Shown here piece after piece: positions 8,896-14,423 of a DNA stretch of 14,423 bases (its first letter is position 1; every line of letters starts with the position of its first letter). Both the position numbers and the translations under genes were made by a program. The DNA comes from an uncultured bacterium. GTDB lineage: Bacteria; Lernaellota; Lernaellaia; Lernaellales; Lernaellaceae. Under the pieces are notes generated by a model. The model made no database searches. It was not told the origin of the DNA and saw only the letters and a list, made by a program, of their open reading frames with translations. Location of the stretch: NCBI GenBank assembly GCA_964534375.1, contig CAZHPN010000157.1, forward strand, positions 1-14,423, written 5' to 3'.

Positions 8896-10141
8896 CCGGC
8901 ACTCCGCCGAGATGGCCCGCAACCCACAATCGCGAAAGGGTCCAACCCTTTTTGGCCATCTTTCGGAGCTTGTCGTTTACGACAACGCGGCGAACCGTCG
9001 TTCGACCGCTGTCGGTGCGCGAAACTGTAAACAAACGAACACTTTCGTTATTAAGTGGAAGGCCGTCGAGCGCCGCCGGATTGTGTGTGGTGAGAAAAAT
9101 TTGCCTTTTCAATGGCGAATTTAGATGCCACTCGCAGATGTGTCTGAACAAGCTTCGGACCAATCGTGGGTTGAGCGCATGGTCGGCGTTGTCCACGGCG
9201 CATACCGAAGGACTTAGCGAATGCGCAGCCAATACGGCGTGAAACAGGACATAGAGTGCACCCTCGCTGGCGTCATAGCCGGTCACCACGTTGCGGTCCG
9301 CCCTCATGAAACGGTCGCGAAATGCGATCACACGGGGCGAGGTCACCGAACGAGACAGCGGCGCCGCAGAAGCTGGCGCCGTATAAAAAGACTTGGCCCA
9401 ATCAATGAGAGAAAGCGCTTGGTCAAGCACTTCCGAGACAAAAAAATGGGTACGGGCAGCAGAGACCGCGATGCCTTTAAGCGATGTGGCGTCGTCATCG
9501 AGGCCGGCAGCCTCGTGGCTCGCTTTCCGCATTTGACGCAAATCCCGAACCGCGTCCGGCAGCCGGCCGCCCTCGAGGCCAATAGGAGATAGTTGCTGAG
9601 AATCTGCGGCTATTCCTCGCAACACGTTGGTATTCGGGGAATAAATGCCATAATTGCGAAGGTCTCTGAGAAGCGACGCTGCGCGGCTTTTGGGAGCAAG
9701 ATCCACCAATTTCAGCGCCGCCAATCCCGCCTCCGGATTAAGCTTTCTTTTCGTCCGGTCAGGACGTCCGGCGAGCGTGTCGCCGTTCTCGACGAGATTC
9801 TCAGTGCGAAAGTGCCACGCAGGTCGGGGATTTTCCATCGGGTTGGCGAGAGCGACGTTATACGTTGCCGACACGTTCGATGCGCCAAACGAAATATTCT
9901 GCGCGCGCGACATGCCTCGAAACGCGCATTTGTAAAGATCTGGAACGCCAGGGCGAACTCCGCGCCGTTGCAGAGTTTCGTCGTCGACGCGTCCCGAAGC
10001 AGCCGCTGACAAGACGCCGATCGCTTCGAGCAAATTGCTCTTTCCGCTGCCGTTTGCGCCCACAAGTACGTTTACCAGTCCAGGATCGAATTCGAGTTCC
10101 TCAATCGACTTAAACCGGTAGATTTGTATTTTTTCTAACAT
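8885..10141 (-). CDS. ABC/SMC-superfamily ATPase (AAA_21/AAA_15-like, 418 aa)
   Basis: N-terminal 'IYRFKSI', Walker A GANGSGKS (10037-10060), signature-like ASEGA, Walker B region CAVDNADHALNP, H-loop LTTHNP, C-terminal LSRLWVAGHLGGVP. Confidence 0.88.
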   Translation of the reverse strand: MLEKIQIYRFKSIEELEFDPGLVNVLVGANGSGKSNLLEAIGVLSAAASGRVDDETLQRRGVRPGVPDLYKCAFRGMSRAQNISFGASNVSATYNVALANPMENPRPAWHFRTENLVENGDTLAGRPDRTKRKLNPEAGLAALKLVDLAPKSRAASLLRDLRNYGIYSPNTNVLRGIAADSQQLSPIGLEGGRLPDAVRDLRQMRKASHEAAGLDDDATSLKGIAVSAARTHFFVSEVLDQALSLIDWAKSFYTAPASAAPLSRSVTSPRVIAFRDRFMRADRNVVTGYDASEGALYVLFHAVLAAHSLSPSVCAVDNADHALNPRLVRSLFRHICEWHLNSPLKRQIFLTTHNPAALDGLPLNNESVRLFTVSRTDSGRTTVRRVVVNDKLRKMAKKGWTLSRLWVAGHLGGVPDVF

Positions 10142-10146
10142 TTGTT

Positions 10147-10205
10147 TACCCCTGACGAGCCGATCGGATTGTTGAAATAGTAAGCTTTTTTGAGGGGAAA
10201 TTCCA
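10147..10205 (-). promoter_or_regulatory. Possible dedicated promoter and RBS for the ATPase-TOPRIM cassette
   Basis: On the minus strand: TGGAAT (10205-10200), 17 bp, TACTAT (10182-10177), then AGGGGT shortly before ATG 10141. The -35 match is weak. Confidence 0.35.
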
Positions 10206-10223
10206 GGTGATCGCCGCCGAAGG

Positions 10224-11171
10224 TCACCCTTGTTTCTTCGCCGGCCCCGCGCGCCGAATAATCGCCAAAGCGATCAGAAACGAAACGGCCTCGCCGAGCA
10301 GATACCAAAAGCGTTGCAGGAGCGCGATGACGCCGGCGAGGGCCGGGCCGAAGGCCGGCGCGAGCAGCGCCGTCAGGGCGCCCTCGCGCACGCCGATGCC
10401 GCCGGGCAGGAACAACACGTAGAACGACACGTGATACGCGAAGTTGTAGGCGAAGGCGAGTTGGAAGCCGAGTTTGGCGTCGAGCGGCGCGACCGCCGCG
10501 GCGAGCAGCACGAAGGCCAGGCAGTGCACGAGCCACGAGACGGTCATGATGGCGAATTCGGCGAACATCGTCGGGCGGCTGATGACCAGGCGCACCGGCT
10601 CGGAGCCGCGGCGTGCGCGCCAGCGGTTGAGGCGCACTTCGAACCAAGCCGGCGCGACCAGCAACGCCGCCGCCGCCGCGACGGCCAGCGCCGCGGCGAG
10701 GACCGCGACCCAGGCGCCGTAGCCCGCGCCGAGCGCCGCGACGGCCAGCGCGACCAGCGCACCGCATTCGCCGCACAGGAACTGCACGACGCTCGCCGTC
10801 AGGGCCGACGAGCGCCGATAGCCCAGGCGCTCGGCCATGTAGACCTGCCCGAGAATGAGCCAGATCTTGCCGGGGATATAGCGTCCCAACTGCGCGTAAA
10901 AAATGACCGCAAAGGTTTCGCGGAACCTGACCCTTTCGCCCAGGTCGCGAAAGACGAACGCCCACGCCCAGGCGGCGAGCGCGAAATTGACGAACAGCAA
11001 TGCGAACGAGCCCGCCGCCGCCGGCCACGACAGCCGCCATTGCTGGGCCATGAGTTGCGGCCAGCCCTTGACGATCTGCGCCGCGACGAAGCCCAGCGAA
11101 ACGACGATCAACGCCGCCGAAGTCAACTGCTTGAGCCGGCGATGCGACGGGGTCGGCGGCGATGCTGGCAA
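10224..11171 (-). CDS. Lysylphosphatidylglycerol-synthase TM / UPF0104 flippase-like membrane protein
   Basis: Multiple hydrophobic helices; family-typical QLGRYIPGKIW and LPGGIGVREG motifs. TTG start preceded by AAGGG; exact start uncertain. Confidence 0.8.
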   Translation of the reverse strand: MPASPPTPSHRRLKQLTSAALIVVSLGFVAAQIVKGWPQLMAQQWRLSWPAAAGSFALLFVNFALAAWAWAFVFRDLGERVRFRETFAVIFYAQLGRYIPGKIWLILGQVYMAERLGYRRSSALTASVVQFLCGECGALVALAVAALGAGYGAWVAVLAAALAVAAAAALLVAPAWFEVRLNRWRARRGSEPVRLVISRPTMFAEFAIMTVSWLVHCLAFVLLAAAVAPLDAKLGFQLAFAYNFAYHVSFYVLFLPGGIGVREGALTALLAPAFGPALAGVIALLQRFWYLLGEAVSFLIALAIIRRAGPAKKQG

Positions 11172-11187
11172 ACGGCAGCCCTTTCGT

Positions 11188-11402
11188 CAGTGAACGGTGA
11201 GCAGTGAACAATGAACAGTGAACCCACGCAAGAGCAAAGGGCCGACCCAGATCCGCGGCTGCGAGATTCTGTTGTTCTTTGACAGAATGGACAGGATTTG
11301 CCGGCTCGTGCGGCGGAATCCGGTCCCGATCGTTCCGGCCGACTATATCTGCCGCTTATCCGGGGAACAAGGGTCGAAGCAGTCACTGTTCATTGTTCAC
11401 TG
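11188..11402. repeat. Heptamer tandem repeat forming one arm of a 20-bp perfect inverted repeat
   Basis: CAGTGAA CGGTGAG CAGTGAA CAATGAA CAGTGAA (11188-11222). 11202-11221 is the exact reverse complement of TCACTGTTCATTGTTCACTG (11383-11402). Confidence 0.9.
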
Positions 11403-11516
11403 TTTTCGCTTGTGAACCCGCGGCGGAAATGTTAAAAAGAAACCCCTTTGCATGGCGTTTCCGATTTATTGCGCGGTCCGGATCAAGGTGAGTTTTCGTT
11501 TCGGCGGGGGAAGGCA

Positions 11517-12326
11517 ATGAGCGGCGTGTTGGCCATCGCCAATCAAAAAGGCGGCGTGGGCAAGACCACGACCGCGGTCAATCTGGCGGCGGCGTTGGCG
11601 ATGGCGGCGCGCAAGGCGCTGCTGATCGATCTCGATCCGCAGGGCAACGCGACCAGCGGCGTCGGCGTCGAACGCGGCAGCGCGCCGCATTCCCTATATG
11701 AAGTGCTGCTGGGCGGCCTGCCGTTGACCGAAGCGCTCGTGCCGACGGCGATCAAGAACCTCACCGTGGCCCCGGCAGACCGCGACCTCACCGGCGCCGA
11801 GGTCGAACTCGGGCAGCGGTCCGAGTGGGAATACGCGCTCGCCGACAAGGTGCGCCCCATCGCCGCCGACTACGATTTCATCCTGATCGACTGCCCGCCG
11901 AGCCTCGGCCGCCTGACGGTCAATGCGATGGTCGCCGCCGACGGCGTGCTGGCGCCGCTCCAATGCGAATTCTACGCGATGGAAGGACTGGCGCAGTTGC
12001 TGACGACGGTCGAGGCGATCCGCAACGGCTTCAATCAAAAACTCAAACTCGCCGGCATCGTGCTGACGATGTTCGACGCGCGCACCAACCTGGCGCGGCA
12101 GGTCGCCGACGAGGTGCGCGGGCACTTCGGCGAACTGGTGTTTGAAACGATGATCCCGCGCAGCGTCCGCCTGGCCGAAGCGCCCAGCCACGGCGCCCCG
12201 ATCTTCTTGTATGACATCCGCAGCAGCGGCGCCGGCGCTTACCTGGAACTGAGCCGCGAATTGCTCGCCCGGTTCAAGGCGCAGGCCGCGGCCCCGGCAA
12301 AAGGAGACACCGCGCATGTCGGATAA
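11517..12326 (+). CDS. parA: Chromosome partitioning ATPase ParA/Soj
   Basis: IANQKGGVGKTTT, IDLDPQGNATSG, IDCPPSLG, PLQCEFYAMEGL, LTMFDARTNL, IPRSVRLAEAPSHG. ATG 11517 follows GGGGGAAGG. Confidence 0.97.
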   Translation: MSGVLAIANQKGGVGKTTTAVNLAAALAMAARKALLIDLDPQGNATSGVGVERGSAPHSLYEVLLGGLPLTEALVPTAIKNLTVAPADRDLTGAEVELGQRSEWEYALADKVRPIAADYDFILIDCPPSLGRLTVNAMVAADGVLAPLQCEFYAMEGLAQLLTTVEAIRNGFNQKLKLAGIVLTMFDARTNLARQVADEVRGHFGELVFETMIPRSVRLAEAPSHGAPIFLYDIRSSGAGAYLELSRELLARFKAQAAAPAKGDTAHVG

Positions 12327-13197
12327 AAAACGCGGGCTCGGCCGCGGCTTCGGCGCGCTGGTCGATCCGTCGCACGGCCGGCGGCCGCTCGAACCCCTGC
12401 CCAACACGATTTTTCACGTCGCGCTCGACCGCGTGCGGCCCAATCCGTTCCAGCCGCGGCAGCGTTTCGACGAGGCCTCGCTGCAAGCGCTCGCGGCGAG
12501 CATCCAGCGCGACGGCATGTTGCAGCCGCTAGCGGTGCGCCAGGCCCCCGACGGCGCGGGCGAGTATGAACTCATCGCCGGCGAACGACGTTTGCGGGCC
12601 GCGAAGCTCGCGGGCCTGCGCGAAGCGCCGTGCGTGCTGATCGAAACCGACGACGAGGGCCTCGGCATCCTCGCGCTCGTAGAGAACCTGATGCGCGAAG
12701 ACCTCAACGTGCTCGACGAGGCCGAGGCGTATCAACAACTGAGCGACGTCTTCGGGCTGACGCAGGAGGTCATCTCCGCGCGCGTCGGCCGCAGCCGCTC
12801 GCACGTGGCCAACACCGTGCGCCTGCTCACGCTGCCGGAGACGATCCGCGCCTGCATCGCCGCCGGCGAACTGACGGCGGGCCACGGCCGCGCGCTGCTG
12901 GCGGTCGACGACGACGCCGACAAGATCACGCTGGCGCAGGAGGTCCTCGCGCGGAAGCTGTCGGTGCGCGAGACCGAGACGCTGGTGAATCGCGCCGCGC
13001 GGGCGCTCAAGCGGCTGCGCGCCGAGGCGGACCCGCAAACGGCGGCGCCGCACCCGCACGCGGACCTGATCGAGCGGTTCACGGTGCACTTCGGCACCAA
13101 GGTGCGGCTGACCGGCGGCCGGGCGAAAGGCGCGATCGAGTTGCACTATTTCAGCGAAGAAGAACTGATGAAGCTGGTGGAAATGTTGCTGCGTTGA
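12316..13197 (+). CDS. parB: Chromosome partitioning protein ParB/Spo0J
   Basis: KKRGLGRG, PNPFQPRQRF, LIAGERRLRA (CTP-binding motif), ENLMREDLN, HTH GRSRSHVANTVRLL, GHGRALL, LSVRETE. RBS AAGGAG; overlaps the parA stop. Confidence 0.97.
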   Translation: MSDKKRGLGRGFGALVDPSHGRRPLEPLPNTIFHVALDRVRPNPFQPRQRFDEASLQALAASIQRDGMLQPLAVRQAPDGAGEYELIAGERRLRAAKLAGLREAPCVLIETDDEGLGILALVENLMREDLNVLDEAEAYQQLSDVFGLTQEVISARVGRSRSHVANTVRLLTLPETIRACIAAGELTAGHGRALLAVDDDADKITLAQEVLARKLSVRETETLVNRAARALKRLRAEADPQTAAPHPHADLIERFTVHFGTKVRLTGGRAKGAIELHYFSEEELMKLVEMLLR

Positions 13198-13208
13198 ACG
13201 CGGCGTGC

Positions 13209-13237
13209 TTGACAAGCTCGCCGGGTTGAGATACCGA
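13209..13237 (+). promoter_or_regulatory. Possible promoter for the bactofilin gene
   Basis: Consensus TTGACA at 13209-13214 in the parB-bactofilin gap. The -10 at 17 bp spacing (TACCGA) is poor. Confidence 0.25.
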
Positions 13238-13286
13238 GGGGCGGCCAACCTAGACGCGGCGTTACGATTTACCAAAGGGGTTTCCC

Positions 13287-13799
13287 ATGCTGGGACGGAA
13301 GGAACGCGACCTATCTTTCGAACCATCACAGTCTTTTGCGGGGCCGGTGATGAAGGAGGGACCGAGAATGGCGGACGAGCAGGAGTTGAGCGGCCTGGGC
13401 AAGCCGAACACCTTTATCGGCAAGGGCAGCGAATTTGTCGGCAAACTTACCTTCGACGGCACGGTCCGCATCGACGGCAAGATTGACGGTGAAATTTTTT
13501 CCAAGGGCACGCTGATCGTCGGCCCCGACGCCGAGGTGTCCGCCAAGGTGCAGGTCGACACGGTGTACCTGTCGGGCCTCGTGCGCGGCAACATCACCGC
13601 CGCCAAAAAGATCGTGCTGAAATCGCCCGGCAAACTGTACGGCAACATCAAGACGCCGGCGCTGGTCGTCGAAGAAGGCGTGATCTTCGAAGGCAACTGC
13701 AAGATGGAAGGCTCGGGCGCGGCCGAGGGCGGCCCCGAGTTGAAGCTCGGCGGGCGCGAAAAAGAATACCGCGATACGTTCAGCGGGAAAACCGAGTAG
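13287..13799 (+). CDS. Bactofilin (polymer-forming cytoskeletal protein), BacM-like; alternative start at 13368
   Basis: TFIGKGSEFVGKLTFDGTVRIDGKIDGEI...GNIKTPALVVEEGVIFEGNCKM beta-helix pattern; lies directly after parB. Confidence 0.93.
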   Translation: MLGRKERDLSFEPSQSFAGPVMKEGPRMADEQELSGLGKPNTFIGKGSEFVGKLTFDGTVRIDGKIDGEIFSKGTLIVGPDAEVSAKVQVDTVYLSGLVRGNITAAKKIVLKSPGKLYGNIKTPALVVEEGVIFEGNCKMEGSGAAEGGPELKLGGREKEYRDTFSGKTE

Positions 13800-13801
13800 C
13801 G

Positions 13802-13817
13802 CGGCGCGAAAGCGCCG
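13802..13817 (+). other. GNRA-tetraloop hairpin just after the bactofilin stop
   Basis: CGGCGC-GAAA-GCGCCG. No U-tract follows, so it is not a canonical terminator. Confidence 0.4.
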
Positions 13818-13906
13818 GCGGCGATCCGGCGCGGGAATCGGGACTCGGGAAAAACAGGCCTACCACTGTTCGCTGCTCGAGATTATTGCAAAACTACCTT
13901 TTGATT

Positions 13907-13937
13907 GAGGGGGCGCAGCAAGCGGCGCCCCTTCTAC
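13907..13937. repeat. REP-like palindrome
   Basis: GGGGCGC-AGCAAGCG-GCGCCCC (13910-13931) followed by TTCTAC, resembling GTAG/CTAC-ended REP sequences. Confidence 0.45.
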
Positions 13938-13956
13938 AGCGAAAATGTTTCGAGAA

Positions 13957-13989
13957 GGTTACGAGCGCGGTGCAACCGCGCTCGTAACC
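13957..13989. repeat. Perfect 15-bp inverted repeat
   Basis: GGTTACGAGCGCGGT-GCA-ACCGCGCTCGTAACC. Confidence 0.92.
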
Positions 13990-14014
13990 ACGTAGGGCGC
14001 CATTCAAAGAAACG

Positions 14015-14110
14015 AGCGACCGTCACTGGATTGTTTTTGTGCGCCCGCGGCGCGACCCCGTCGCGCCGCTTGCCGTTGGCGATGCCGACGAAAAACCAGT
14101 GACCGTCGCT
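14015..14110. repeat. Branched fold-back element (outer stem enclosing two hairpins)
   Basis: AGCGAC-C-GTCACTGG (14015-14029) pairs with CCAGTGAC-C-GTCGCT (14096-14110). Inner hairpins: GCGGCGCGAC-CCC-GTCGCGCCGC (14047-14069) and CGTTGGC-GAT-GCCGACG (14074-14090). Confidence 0.85.
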
Positions 14111-14151
14111 GATTTTCTATGTCTGCAAGGCGAGGTGCTGAAATAGTGGGG

Positions 14152-14373
14152 TTACTCCCAGGTCACTTGCAAGAAAGAAACTCGCAGTGAATCTTTGCCA
14201 CTAACTCTGCTTGACCCGTTATTGAGAGACACAGATATGTCTCCGCGCCAACACCGATCAGCTGAACGCCCAAGACTGCGACTTTTGGCCGCATCTTCAG
14301 TCGCTCCGGCTACGACCAGGTTTCCAGCGCACCGCACTACCACGTCGATCCGGCGAAGGGAATTTGGATTTCT
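14152..14373 (-). pseudogene. Possible 3' remnant of a gene interrupted by the IS at the right edge
   Basis: A minus-strand frame is open from the putative IS boundary to TAA 14152 (RNPNSLRRIDVVVRCAG...SFLQVTWE*). The other two minus frames hit stops sooner. No recognisable motif. Confidence 0.25.
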
Positions 14374-14423
14374 CTAACCCAACTTCGCCAGTTAGGAAAA
14401 AAATGAGGGCTGATTTCGCCTGC
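14374..14423 (+). mobile_element. Probable other terminus of the same IS type (inverted repeat 14378-14393 preceded by CTAA)
   Basis: CCCAACTTCGCCAGTT is the reverse complement of 35-50. The sequence internal to the repeat differs from the left edge, as expected for IRL versus IRR. Confidence 0.5.

Noticed and set aside
8158..10141. Calling the ATPase RecF/SMC, or naming the pair ariA/ariB
   Set aside because: No long coiled coil or RecF context. The overlapping TOPRIM-like partner points to an accessory module, but the motifs alone cannot assign a named system.
11188..11222. CRISPR array
   Set aside because: Contiguous 7-mers with no spacers, and no cas genes in the window.
11172..11516. 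oriC in the gap upstream of parA or after the bactofilin gene
   Set aside because: No TTATCCACA-type DnaA box cluster or extended AT-rich unwinding element was found by eye.
13907..14110. Retron msr-msd, integron attC or tRNA interpretation of the hairpin cluster
   Set aside because: No reverse transcriptase or integrase in the window, no RYYYAAC...GTTRRRY boundaries, and no tRNA T-loop or cloverleaf.

Overview
High-GC bacterial chromosomal segment. The parA-parB-bactofilin order suggests Myxococcota/delta-proteobacteria-like affinity (inference). It is a rearranged version of the origin-proximal housekeeping block. From left to right: two tandem DUF3857/transglutaminase-fold envelope proteins (the first with a Cys-His-Asp triad, the second a lipoprotein lacking it); mnmE on the minus strand, divergent from rsmG, with no mnmG in the window; a lone cobQ coupled to rsmG; a lower-GC minus-strand cassette of an ABC/AAA_21 ATPase with an atypical 'DN' Walker B plus a TOPRIM-like partner; a UPF0104 flippase-like membrane protein; then parA, parB and a BacM-like bactofilin with two plausible start sites. 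The ATPase-TOPRIM cassette is the best candidate for an uncharacterised defence or toxin-antitoxin system. Non-coding signals are a perfect 16-bp inverted repeat shared by the two window ends (probably IS termini), a heptamer-flanked fold-back element upstream of parA, and a dense cluster of near-perfect hairpins after the bactofilin gene. All calls come from motif reading by eye; no database searches were run.
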